This document shows, one piece after another, positions 1-11,967 of a stretch of DNA of 64,000 nucleotides; the stretch's first letter is position 1, and each line of letters begins with the position of its first letter. A program made the translations under genes and the position numbers. The DNA is taken from the NCBI GenBank assembly GCA_903813345.2, contig CAIIXF020000001.1:40734001-40798000 (forward strand), read 5' to 3'. The notes beneath the pieces were generated by a model. The model saw nothing but the letters and a program-made list of their open reading frames with translations, was not told where the DNA came from and made no database searches. Source of the stretch: Owenia fusiformis. Taxonomy: Eukaryota.

Positions 1-336
1 TTTTACAAATAACAAGGATTATAACCAGATGTTTAGATCTGCACACATATCATCTTCATTTTCGAAACATTAGCAGTTAGGTCAATTCGTCAGTGGCTAC
101 TTTCTGCTGGTGGGATAATATTCTGCTCAATAGAGTCTGTATTAACAGATGGAAAGAACTAACTGAAAATCAAACCAAAATTGTGAAACAAGATTCTAAG
201 AGATTTATAGGATTTTGATGTTGAACTTACAGATATGATCAACACCAGGACCTCACATTTTGATTGAAGTGAATCAAGTTTTTAAAAGTAGGGCTTGTAA
301 GAATAATTTGAAGGTTACAAAAAATTGATTTAATAG

Positions 337-496
337 CCTGATACCAATACTAGAATATCATCCATCATGGCTATTGCTATAATGGGAGGAAGGGGCAACT
401 TTGCATCTCATGGGTCACTGCTTAAGAAGGATAAGGAAGATGCAGTACCATATTGGAGAGCTGAGGAGAGGTCTAGGGCATACTATATGACTGAAG
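337..496 (+). CDS. Candidate internal coding exon (phase 0 to 1) of an unrecognised gene
   Basis: Acceptor ttgatttaatag|, donor GAAG|gtaaga; 53 open codons PDTNTRISSIMAIAIMGGRGNFASHGSLLKKDKEDAVPYWRAEERSRAYYMTE; more GC-rich than the flanks. No family recognised. Confidence 0.55.
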
Positions 497-668
497 GTAA
501 GATATTTTATTTTCTATAGGTACCCTAAGTGCATATCATTCGTACTGGTACAAAGAAGTAAACATGAGCAGGTCCAAATTTTTGAGGTATGGTACCCAGC
601 AACAGGAGGCTGAAGGCTATTTGAATATACGGTCTTGTCTTCTTTGAAATACCTGTTTATGCTTAGTC

Positions 669-897
669 ACTGGTGGATCTCGGTGGGGGGGGAGGGCTAG
701 GGGCCTTTTGAGCAAAACTGGGCCTTTTAAGGCCTTATTTTTAATTTTAGGCCAAATTATCATGAAAATTGGCCTTACATTTTCAAAATTTGGGGTTTAA
801 GGGGCCCAAAAATTCTTTATGCACCAGCGTGGAATTTTTTTTCAGATTTCAAGTAATGCCCCCCCCCCCCTTGATGGTACCCTTGGTCAGCCCCGGT
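669..897. mobile_element. Degenerate GC-tailed MITE fragment (G-tract/C-tract ends)
   Basis: Starts cactggtggatct plus G tract and ends with a C tract; the gggccttt/aggccaaat interior resembles 63620-63820. No TSD resolved. Confidence 0.35.
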
Positions 898-1043
898 TAG
901 TTGTGCATTTTCCTTATTTGTTCTCTATTTCTCATGTCAAGGCATTATATTTGACCCTTAATTATCCCATAGATCAAAGTTTGCTTAGGCGTTGTTGTTG
1001 TCTAGTTGTGATAGAGGTATACTTATATACATGTTTTCTCTAG

Positions 1044-1061
1044 TTGTTTCCCTTCAGACAA
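1044..1061 (+). CDS. Candidate micro-exon (18 nt, or 4 nt from the inner acceptor at 1058)
   Basis: atgttttctctag|TTGTTTCCCTTCAG|ACAA|gtaagt: two pyrimidine-led AG acceptors and a perfect GTAAGT donor. Confidence 0.3.
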
Positions 1062-1491
1062 GTAAGTGTTTACTTTTCTAACTGACATATTAAGTGCATC
1101 TGTGGTATACCTGACCACCATGACCTTAAAAGACCAATAACATGACAGACATAATATACATCATCCCAATTACCTGTTCAACCATTCAATTTAATTAGTT
1201 TCTTATCATAAAGATGGAAGGGGGATATATTTTAAGTTTGGTCTATCTTTCATACATTAGTTCAGTTTGGATTCCTGTGTAGTTTTTATTTGGTGTAGAT
1301 CTATGATCGACTTATTTAAACCTCATTTTTGAGTTTTCGTAGGACACTGTTACACATTATTATACCTTACAAACATATGAGTCATAGGCCATTCAGGTCT
1401 TATGTTTTAGCAGGCCTCTCATATTGTTGGTTGGGAGGTGTTATACCTCATACCTACAACAATATATCACATACTTCATAATATTTCTCAA

Positions 1492-1883
1492 AGGACGATT
1501 CTCGGTTTGGAGAACAGTCTCCTGGGCTAATAATTTTTTTCATGAAAAATATAGAAATATTACCCAAATTAAACTATGAATATTTAAAAGAGAACATTTA
1601 AATCTACAAGATGTAAAGATAACAAATTGGTCTGAAGCAGGGATATTGCTCAAATAGACCGATTCAATATAAATACAAGTCTCGATTTGGGGAAAGAAGT
1701 TCATCAGTGTACTACGCTAATATTTTTTTGCGAAAAATCTAGAAATATTACCCAAATTAAATTATGACTATTAAAAAGAAGACATTCAAATCTTTATTAT
1801 GTAAAAAAAATCAAATTTGTCCGAAGCAGGGATAATGCTCATTTAGATTGATGAACTTCGTTCTCCAAACCGAGAATCGTCCT
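1492..1883. mobile_element. Non-autonomous DNA transposon (Kolobok-like ends) built on a ~180-bp internal tandem duplication
   Basis: Inverted termini AGGACGATTCTCGGTTTGGAGAAC / GTTCTCCAAACCGAGAATCGTCCT; flanks tcaa/ttac (degenerate TTAA); the blocks agaaatattacccaaattaaa and gaagcagggata each occur twice. Confidence 0.7.
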
Positions 1884-2356
1884 TTACATGAAGCTGATTT
1901 TTTGTACAAGTACAATGGACAGTATGTGTAGTAGTAGATAATGTTGTAGGAATAGCCCTTTGATCTGCAGCACCTGATAACCTAATGCCATTCACATCTG
2001 TACTTCAAAACATTTAACAATACTCTTTTTATAACTTCCAACTTATGTTATATGTTTTAATTGTACTTATTGTTGACAAAAGATAATTGTGTTATATTAT
2101 TAAAGCACACATTGCAATTTCAATACATGCAATGTCTGAATATTGCTTTATATAATAATTGGGCTGTTCTGTGCTGAAAACTATTAACTATTACTTTCTG
2201 GTACTATTCATTAGTTTTGCTGTGTTTCCTGTTGATTTACATCTCTACTTTTGCATCATGTGTTATCATATAACAGTCTAACTAGAGAACAACTTTGTAA
2301 TTTATGATAGCAGATTTAATTTCAAAGCAATCAAGTGTTCTCATCTCGCCTAACAG

Positions 2357-2451
2357 TTTATTGTTATAGTGGGAATGTTGCAGGAATGATTGATTTTTTA
2401 TACATTGGAGATGAGCAAGATCCTTGGAAGCAGATCCCAACTTTTATCTGA
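2357..2451 (+). CDS. Candidate terminal exon
   Basis: Acceptor ctcatctcgcctaacag| is phase 1 and in frame with exon 337-496: (V)YCYSGNVAGMIDFLYIGDEQDPWKQIPTFI*. AATAAA at 2634-2639. Confidence 0.35.
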
Positions 2452-3033
2452 CTTTTATTGCCTGTTATAAATGTGGAGAAGTTCATATTCTGAGGGGGAA
2501 AATCACCATGGTGTGTCATGATTAGCAATATAAGTATCATCAACTCTTGCCAGGATGATGATAATTTCTGACCATGGTTATACCTTGGCAATTCATTTAT
2601 CATGGTAATGACCTGGTATTCATGCGTTTTTTGAATAAAATGCCATGGTACTTAATGGTAAGTGATATTCCATGAGCAGTATGCACATGTTATGTTTTTA
2701 TTAGCTGAATGTATGCTTTATACACATACAGTATTCTAAAACCAGCTGGCTCACACTTAATGATTTGACAAAGGCATATTTACCAAGGCACAGCAATGTA
2801 TTGTTCATTAATGGATTTCATATGTACATTTCTGCAACATATCTCTTTAATGTGTTTGACAATGTGCAATTCATGGATCAATTAAGATCGTACCATGTAA
2901 AAATACATTATACCAAATCCTTATCTTATCCATGTTGATTGTGCTATATGGGTTATATGGCCTTTATATGATAGGTATCACCTGAGCTAACAATTACCCT
3001 CATGTCTGAATGACACTCAAAACTATCATTATA

Positions 3034-3770
3034 TTTATCCCATCGAACGAAGTTCGGAGGGATATAGGGAACGCCTCCGTCCATCCGTCCGTCCGTCCGT
3101 ACGTACGTACGTCCGTACGTACGTCCGTCCGTACGTACGTACGTCCGTCCGTCTGTCCGTCCGGGCAATAACTCAAATACCATTGGCCCGATTTTGTTCA
3201 TATTTTGTACACATATACCCTATGGGGGTAGAAGTTCTGCTCGATAGCCGATTTTCAAAATGGCCACTCATTTCAAAATGGCGGCCATTTTAGTGACGAT
3301 TTTACAGTAATTTGGGTGCAATATGTAAAACTGTAATAGCAATATGTTTTAAATGTAAACAAATTATAAAGGACATTAATAATGCTACAAATGTAGATAT
3401 TAAAAAAGCACATGGCAGCCATCTTGAAAAATGGCGGGCTTTACTCGTCATTTTACGATTTTTGCTGTAACTCAAAAAATAGTGGAGCGATTTTGTTCAT
3501 ATTTGGTGTGTGAATACTATAAGCATTGCACACTGTCTAAAGACACTTTTGGTAGAAGGCGGCCATTTTTCAAAATGGCCGCCATTTTAACGTATTTTAC
3601 TATAACTCGAAAAGTAGTGGAGCGATTTTGTTCATATTTGGTATGTGAATACCATAAGCATGGCACACTGTCCTATGACACTTTTGGTAGAAGGCGGCCA
3701 TTTTGAAAACAATTTTGAAAAATGGCCGCCATTTTAACATTTTTTACTATAACTCGAAAAGTAGTGAATA
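3034..3770 (+). mobile_element. Helentron-associated (HINE-like) element, family 2, 5' part
   Basis: T-rich start with hairpin atcccatcgaacgaagttcggagggat, then a (CCGT/ACGT)n microsatellite at about 3077-3162, then ~135-bp core repeats (taactcgaaaagtagtggagcgattttgttcata) rich in AAAATGGCGGC. Confidence 0.7.
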
Positions 3771-4073
3771 ATCATGAATGATACATGATTATATTGAATA
3801 TCTATCAATTAATACAAACATTCTAAAAAAAAGTTTTACAAAGAAAATTATTTTTCTTTCCCACTGAAAGAATAAGTAAGCCTATTTTATATTTCATGAT
3901 AATTATACAATTCTTTGTTCAAGTATTAACTGTGAATTGCCATTATATTGAATGTGATTCATGTCACTATTAGTCGTATCTGTGTTTCGTATTAATTTAG
4001 TATTGTTCATTAAATTGATAGTTATTTGTTTTGATTTTCAAACCTTATCCTTATCATACTTTCCCCTTCACAG

Positions 4074-4199
4074 AATTGAAATAATTTATCTTGGCCTGAA
4101 ATGTCAGGAACCATTGGTTCTGGATACAGGGTTCACTGCAAGAGTGCCACCCATGAATGAAAATATATCTCATGTGACTTGTGAGAATATTTGGCACAG
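4074..4199 (+). CDS. Candidate symmetric coding exon (phase 2-2, 126 nt)
   Basis: Acceptor ctttccccttcacag|, donor CAG|gtgaac; only one frame is open: IEIIYLGLKCQEPLVLDTGFTARVPPMNENISHVTCENIWHR. Confidence 0.45.
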
Positions 4200-4448
4200 G
4201 TGAACAAAATGTCAAACTGATTTCAAAGCCTACATGATAACTATAACTATTCATCAACTATTTATTTCGTATAACCACTAAAAACTTCTTTGTTCAATGT
4301 AACATTATAATCATGATCTGTATCAGTATGGCAGTATTAACTAGTTCATTGAAATCAATCTGATGTGTTTTTCAATTAGAATATTAGGGTATGTGTATAT
4401 ATGGTATCTGGTCAACTCGGACCCTAAATTAGGGTATTGATAGATATG

Positions 4449-4630
4449 TATGCACAAGTACAAAAGGGAAAGGACAAAAAAATGCTGCAAATCATGTACG
4501 AAAAAGAAAACATCTAAGTGTACACCAGTCATAAGGAAAACAAAGCCCAACTATCTCAAACCATAATCCAACATGAAAAGGAACAGTGTCTTATATCCCC
4601 CCACCATTTAAGTTCCATTATCACAATAAG
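4449..4630 (-). mobile_element. Diverged 3'-tail fragment of the Penelope-like element
   Basis: gcacaagtacaaaagggaaaggac...ccagtcataaggaaaacaaagccc...ccccccaccatt aligns by eye with the copies at 13446 and 55023. Confidence 0.6.
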
Positions 4631-5137
4631 TGTGTTGTGTTTAAGATTATATATATTGCTCAAATAGGTGAACCTTTGTTTGGGATTTGTTTTCTCTTTG
4701 GACTGGTTTTGTGTTTTATATTGGTCTTTGCCCTTTTGGCACTAAGCTTACTTATTTCTAATATTTTCTATGTTATTATCTCCAGATATTTAATTATGTT
4801 TTAGCACCTACTAATTTCCTGCATGTACACATGTTGCTAATGAACATTATTTGACTGTATCAAGTTGATAATGAAGAAGAAGAAAATCACGAGGTATTAT
4901 GCAAGACATAAGTCAGTATTTAATTTTCTCATGGATTGCTCTATAGTGATGGACATTCTTGTGAATTGCCCTGTTGTGTAGTGTGTACCATGCCTGGAAT
5001 TATAGATTTCTTTCTAGGCTTTGTACGCTTAATAGGTATTGGACTGATTGTTGGGTATTTCAATACTGTTTACACCATTTATTGCTGAGATTATGGGAAT
5101 TTATGATTATGTTTGCGCTAAGGTTTCTACTTTACAG

Positions 5138-5251
5138 ATTCCATTGCTTATCAAATAGAAATGATATGGTCTTGCGTGATTTATCAGTGTTTAGTCTGAA
5201 TGAAACTTCATTCTTGAATATGGAAAGTGAGAATCAACTTGGAAGTGCTAG
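5138..5251 (+). CDS. Candidate symmetric coding exon (phase 2-2, 114 nt)
   Basis: Acceptor tttctactttacag|, donor TAG|gtatgt; joins 4074-4199 in frame: (R)FHCLSNRNDMVLRDLSVFSLNETSFLNMESENQLGSAR. Confidence 0.5.
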
Positions 5252-5610
5252 GTATGTTAAATATCTTGTAATTGTTTTTGATAAAAAGAAAGAAACATTT
5301 TCTTTGTTCACGCTAAGTAGAATGTTTCATTACTTGTACATAAAATACCCCAGAAAAACTAAAAAGCTGTAACAGAGGGATATTATGCATGACTTGGTCC
5401 AAACACAACATTTGCAAAGTATTACATAGATTTTCTATGGAGGGTTATGTTAGAAATAATACATCTGGGGTTTCTGTGGTAAAAATTGTAACAAATTCCC
5501 CTGGTTGATCACCATATCTTTTTCTTTTTAAAGGAGAATCCATTAAATCTTAATTCAAATTACACAGAATTTGCTTAAATTGACTTCAGTATTATCTCCA
5601 TTGTGTGTTT

Positions 5611-6170
5611 GCACAAGTGCCAAAGGGGAAAAAACAAAACTTGTTGCAGAACTCAGCAAGAAGAAACAGTATATCAGTCATAAGAAAAACAACCCCCAAA
5701 CTATCTCAAAGCATGATCTTGTGTGAATACAATTTTTTTTAAATACCCCTCTGACCCCACCACTCAGAATCCTTTATCACAATCCTGAACCATGACACCA
5801 TGGGACATATACTAAAGTCATTACCATTCATGTTAAAAATAGAAATTGATATACTTCTATCATCAAAAATACTTGTAAATACTAGTATTCATACAAGATA
5901 GTGCATTCAGTCTTAAATGATGTGGGGCTGATGTCCACAAGCATATTAAGGGTCAACATCCATCTGCAAAGCCGATGCCATAATCCATAAAACACAATTT
6001 TTCTCTATAGGGAAAATTATGACTGCTTTTGATCCCCATTTCTCAACCATCAGTGCCATAGCCGAGATATACCATAAAAGGCGCCAAGGGAAAAAATTGT
6101 GAGTTTGGTGCAATCTTACAAAATTCCAACATGTCAGTATGTCAATTGGCAAAACTTTTAACTTCAGATC
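5611..6170 (-). mobile_element. Penelope-like element 3' region (nearly complete tail, diverged)
   Basis: The reverse complement matches about 53800-54410 (aactcacaatttttt...ggctatggca...ggttgagaaat...gatgttgaccct...tttggcacttgtgc). Confidence 0.75.
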
Positions 6171-7037
6171 AGAACTAGTGATCTATATTTCTCAATAAAG
6201 CCTAGAAATTGTTTCCTAAGTTTTTTTTATATAAAATAGAGAATGTCTAAATGTCTATATATGTCTAGATTTAATAGGACATCAATTTACCTATCTGTCT
6301 TATTTTAGAAATAACCAATATCAATAACCAATATCAACTTTTAAGTTTCATCTTGCATCATCCTTTGAAAAAACTTATTGCCTTAAGAGAAAGTCCTGCT
6401 AAAAGAGGAGCACAAGGAGATGCTGACCATGTGGTCAGTAATATAATGCAGGTACCATCGCATAAAACTATAACCTTTAAAATATCCAAATGATGATGTT
6501 ACCATATCAAATAAATAATCTGTTCTTGTAGGTTTAAATGATAAAATGATGTTTTTCTCTTGAGATTCTTTTTAGACAAATAAAATATTGTACATGAGAA
6601 ATCCAGTCTTGATAGTGCTATAAATCACCAAGAAATAGACACCTAATTATCTTCCAAATGGACAGTCTGACTCATTAAGACTCAAAGGAGTTAACAAATG
6701 TCTGTATCTTATCCCGAATCTCCATATAGAGTTCCCATTTCATTTTCTGAGCTTACATCAGAATCACTTGTTAATAGGTCTATTGGTTCAGCTTCAGTGG
6801 CTCTGTGATTATAATGGTAACGATGAATGCTTGTTGTCTGATTGAGAGAGGAATTGACTGAACTTGAAAATATCTGCCCATTCACTATGCTGACTGAGAA
6901 TCAAAAATAGTATGATTAAGAAAGTAACCACTTTTTCAGCCTTAAAAATCTATAGATACTTAGAACTTAACTAATGATGTTCAATACTAGTATTTCCTAA
7001 CATAAAGTAAAAATGGGACATCACTTGTTATTATATA

Positions 7038-7664
7038 CAGGGTGTCCCGAAAGTATGCCCCCCCCCTTGGCAGACATATACCAGTGTTCTCATAGTATGT
7101 GTCATCATTTTAAAGCTTATCCAAAGTTACATTGATTCGCCAAGTATCATGGTTCAACTCTCAAATGTGAAAAAATTACAAGCATTTCAAAATTTAGTGT
7201 TAGGTTAAAATTAAGTTCAATTTTACACCAAATCACTGGTCAATGTGTCCTCCTGGGCCATCTTAACAGCAGCAATTCTCTTCGGGTCGGGTGGATATTG
7301 AGTTGGAAAAAGAGAACGGTGAGGGTAGAAACTCTTCTAAAGTCCCTTAACAGGTTTTAAGATGGTTATAAAATTCCGCACCCCTATTTGAAGGGCTTTT
7401 AAGGTCATATCTGAAAATAATTGCTGCTGTTAACATGGCCAAGGGGGACACATTGACTAGTAATGTGGTGTAAAATTGAACTTTATTTTGACAAAACACT
7501 AACTTTTTAAATGACTGTAACTTTTTCCCATTTGGGAGTTAAACCATGATACTTGGCAAATCAATGTAACTTTAGATAAGCTTTAAAATGATATATGGCA
7601 CATACTATGAGGACCCTGGAATATGTCTGCCTAGGGGGGGGGGACATACTTTTGGGACACCCTG
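7038..7664. mobile_element. Tc1/mariner-type foldback MITE
   Basis: TA|CAGGGTGTCCCGAAAGTATG ... CATACTTTTGGGACACCCTG|TA with ~240-bp inverted arms; second copy at 34123-34587. Confidence 0.9.
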
Positions 7665-8066
7665 TATACTAGATGGTAGCATATTTTCAATTTAGTTTAT
7701 TGAAATTGATTTGTTATAAACAACATATTCCCTATAAACCCACTGAAAGGTTTAGGTATATTCGTCTACTCCATATTACCTTACATAGTGCATCTTTTTA
7801 ATGTTTATATGCATCTTTGTGGAAGTAATAACAACCGACAATTAACCCCATGTGTATCATTTCTACCCTCATTCTCTGATTATCTACTAATTCTTCCTCT
7901 TTATGATGTCCCAGAATGTGTCATACTTGTCTACTGCAATTAAAGCATTGATATATGCTTCCTATTTTGGAAATAGTGTGTCTAGAAATAATGAATGGTG
8001 AAGTCAAATGGAATGACTGATTGTAACCTAAAATCATCATTTCTGACAGTTCTAATTAAATACACA

Positions 8067-8180
8067 AGCACAAGTGCCAAACAGGAAAGATAGAAAATTA
8101 TTGAAGAACCCAGTAGTATGAAAATAGAGCATGACCAGTAAAGGAAAGCAAATCCACAATATCCAAATCTATAATCTAAT
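8067..8180 (-). mobile_element. Short diverged Penelope-like 3'-tail fragment
   Basis: Begins aagcacaagtgccaaa, the shared 3' terminus of the family. Confidence 0.45.
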
Positions 8181-8593
8181 AGATCTAGGTTCTGACTGAA
8201 ATGATGTTTATCACATTTTTATATTATTCATATAGAACATATCTGCTAAACTATTGGGACAACAATTCATACAGAAAATAACATCATTGACTACATTGCG
8301 TAGTATTACAAATGGATCAGTTTCATTGAGCTATCATATGATAGTACAATTCAGTATTCTGTTCATGGACCTATTAATAATCCAAGTAATAAAGCTGCCA
8401 GGCAATGTCTTTTTATTTGCCTCATGAGTTTTTGTTAGTGAGAAACCATTTGTGTTGTAGCCATATTATTGACTGCATTTAAATGGCAATTTGGAATTAA
8501 ACATTCTTTGGAAATCAGAACACATGGTATGGAGTATGATTATGTACAATGTATGCACATGTATAATATTGTCTAATTTGATGATAATGTTAA

Positions 8594-9413
8594 AGTCCCC
8601 ATCTAAAGTTTATACCACTTTGGCTTATATTGTAGTCTTACCCAATGTTATCAAAGTGTGATATGTGAAACTTTTTTTTTAAATTTCAAAAAGTGGTTTT
8701 TGATAGACTTTTTGTCCCAAAATTTGTGAATTTATTTAAAAGTCACACATATCTTTTAATTAGCCAAAACTCATACCAATACATAGCATTCATCCTCGCA
8801 TGTTTTTTGCCGAAAAAATTAAGAAAATCGGTTCATAAATAAGCGAGAAATGAACTTATCAGTGCATGAAAATGGTTCCGAGAAAAATGCATTTAAAAAT
8901 TTTAGTTCTCATAGAAACCAATGGTACAATGATATCTAAAACATAATATATTCTTCCTTTTAACCTGGTTAGACAATCAACATTGGTATATTATTGAAGT
9001 CTAGCATATTCAGAAAAGATTGACATCGAAAAAAAAAATTCTATTTTTTTCAAAAAGTTTTTGTTACCTTTGTGACATCACTAATGTTTCAAAATATTTT
9101 TGATATGCTAAAACATTAAAGTGGCTTATTAAATATGGCATTTTATTATTGAAATAGTGTGTCCTTTGATCAATCTTTGCATTGGTGTTAAAAAGATAAT
9201 CTTTTTTGAAATGCATTAAGAAATATTTGATGATTAAAAAATTTCAACTTTTTTTGAAAAATGGCGGGAAATTTGAATATTTGAGAAATGAAATGCTCAC
9301 AACTTTTTTTTCAAAAAAAAAAGTTCTTTCAAAAATCTCTAGAATAACTTTTTAAGTCATGACAAATAGTAAATGAATGATAAAAAAATATTTTCAAACT
9401 TTAGACGGGGACT
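8594..9413. mobile_element. Non-autonomous Kolobok-like element
   Basis: TTAA|AGTCCCCATCTAAAGTTT ... AAACTTTAGACGGGGACT|TTAA: 18-bp TIR, TTAA on both sides, purine-purine terminus. Confidence 0.85.
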
Positions 9414-10412
9414 TTAACATTATGTTCTTTTAAGTATGTGGAAAATGCAGGTATAGTTGATGTAAATTATTATTGATGGAGACTAAAGAATATGAGTTTT
9501 CCAAAAAAGTTATGCCTGTATGCAGTTATACTATATCTATAGCACTCCTTTCAAAGCCTGGTTCAGCGAGGTGTTTTTTAATATGACAAAATGTATAGAC
9601 TTAGTAGCTGCAAAAAATTTCCAGTGTTTTATTGATTCTATGTTATATATTTCCTTAATATCAAAATCCATAAAAGAATAAAAGAATTATCACATAGCTT
9701 AGGAAGTAAAGCAGTGGCAACCAAAATTGAAAAAATCACTTTATTTGACCTATACATATATGTCAACAGATTTTTAAAAAGTGGAGCTGACTGCTCTACA
9801 CCCATTGTTAAGTGTCAGGTTTTACCACTTTTTGGTGATTTTTTTTGTATACTGATGAATAATGTAATGTAAGATGCAAGGCCCTGTAATGTGGGTGGTG
9901 GAGGCACATAAAATGAGCCAACGGGGTGGAGCAATTAGATATTGCAGAGACCTCAGCATTTAGTGAATGCTTTCACCTATTTATCTTAATGTATACATCA
10001 TTATAGACTGCATTGCAATTAACTATTCTCCAGTGAGGAATTAACAGAAAGAAAGAAATTTTCATTAACATTATTAAACACTTGATTTATTAATCTTATT
10101 AAAGTAAGTGCTAAATCTAAGTAAGACCCCCTCAGAGAATGGCATTATTAAAATGATCTGAAAAAGCAGCAAAGAGTTAAATAACATTGGAACAAAACCT
10201 TAAATGCATCAATCAAAGCTCATAAGACTGCTTTACCCTGACTTTTTTCTCTGACACTCATTTACAGACATGTTTATTTTTAAAAAATGTTGATTTGCTA
10301 GTTTTGTACAAGATGGAAAATTCATATCTTTGCCAGAATAAAACCATATTCATGAGACACTTTCAGCCACTGCCACTGGTCCCTTTTGGAAATTCTTTTT
10401 CAATTGGCTTGG

Positions 10413-10836
10413 CGAACTCCCGTGCAGTGATATATCACTGCGGCGGGCAGGTATCTCACCGTAAGCATGGTAACTTCGTAATAAACAACTGACATGATTG
10501 GTTCTAGTCCCATGCTCAGGTCGCGTGATTGTTAAATTTAGACAATTTCATTGGTTGAATTGCGCGTATTAACTAATAAACAACACGTGCGGTAAACTAT
10601 TATCAACAAAACTTTTACTCAGAATTCCTTCCGCAGTGATTTCTTCTCATATTTCAATAATTTTGAAATATTTTGACAAAATAATGTTTGGGGAACATTC
10701 ATGAATACATATTTTATAAGTTGTTTGAAAATTGACCACATATGCGATGAAAAGGGGAAATATTTTCCCCAAATTTTGGGGATTTGCTTCATCTGCCCGC
10801 CGCAGTGTCTATACCGAGACATTGCATTGGAGTTCG
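10413..10836. mobile_element. Mutator-like MITE, copy 1
   Basis: TIR CGAACTCCCGTGCAGTG / CATTGCATTGGAGTTCG; exact 9-bp TSD TTGGCTTGG (10404-10412, 10837-10845); near-identical inverted copy at 56857-57276. Confidence 0.9.
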
Positions 10837-11877
10837 TTGGCTTGGGAAACCCCTTTTAAGCTGAATTCACCAGTTTAAGGTAACTCCCAAAATTCAGAAA
10901 ATGACAAATGTGCCAAATTAAACAGCGTCAGATTTGTGATTGCACTCTTTGGCATAGATCTCAACATGTTCTTGAATATAATTATACTATGGATTTGATA
11001 TGAATATGGCAGTGCTAATTACATGGTAAATCTTCTCCTTTATGTCATTCTTAGAATTATTTTCATTAAATGAACAGTCATAATAAGAATGGCAAACTTT
11101 TTATTTTGGGAGTGGTGTGTAATGGATTTAAAGAGACCCTTTTGCTACTTTTTACAATGTTTCCAGTCTTTTATGAGTTCACAATCTTTCAACTCCTGAG
11201 TCATAATCAATTGGATGTTGTTCTTCTTTAATATCTTGCAGGTTGTTGCTTCTATTTTCTGTTGATTTTATTATGTGGATGTACACCCATACATTTAGGA
11301 TATTGTTGAAATGGTTTGCTCTGTTTAGACAACCATTAATGCAAACAGCCTTTTATAAAAAAAATAAAGTTTGAATGTAAAAATAAACTACCTTGACATG
11401 TTTTTACCTAATACCCACATTTTACCTTCATTTAGTTTTCCAAGCTTATTTTGTTTTGACACTTTATTTATTCTAACATCCAATCTTAATGATTGCAGAT
11501 TCCACCTTTACCATGCAGTGTTAATCAACTTGATACAAAACATAAATTCTATCTCTGTTACAACATGAAACAAAGAAGATGAATGTTATCTTACACTGAT
11601 GTTTCTGATAATGTGAATTTCCTCATATTGTTTGAAAAACATTATCTACATTTCATGTTTCATGGGTAATGACCTGATTCTGTAGTAGACAGTTAGGTTA
11701 GAGATAAAAATGTCTGTTTCATCTTACCACTTAAACACTGCCGGTTTTACGCTGTTGTAGAGAAAATTGGTGTCCATACCTGTAAACACTACATGATAAT
11801 GGCCACCTGGTGAACAGAATGCAAAATGTCTTAAAGAAGTAGATAAGGTAACCATAGCTTGATGATAATTTTTTCAG

Positions 11878-11967
11878 CATAGTTATCTGTTTTCTGATTC
11901 ATAGCCTAAAGTCTCAAAGGGAATCATCCAAAGTACCTGCATTGTTATCACCATATTACCATGTTAG
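11878..11967 (+). CDS. Candidate symmetric exon (phase 2-2, 90 nt)
   Basis: aattttttcag| ... TAG|gtaaga; open frame IVICFLIHSLKSQRESSKVPALLSPYYHVR. Confidence 0.3.

Noticed and set aside
2953..3201. ORF with RTDG/RTYV repeats
   Set aside because: Translation of a tetranucleotide microsatellite inside a HINE.
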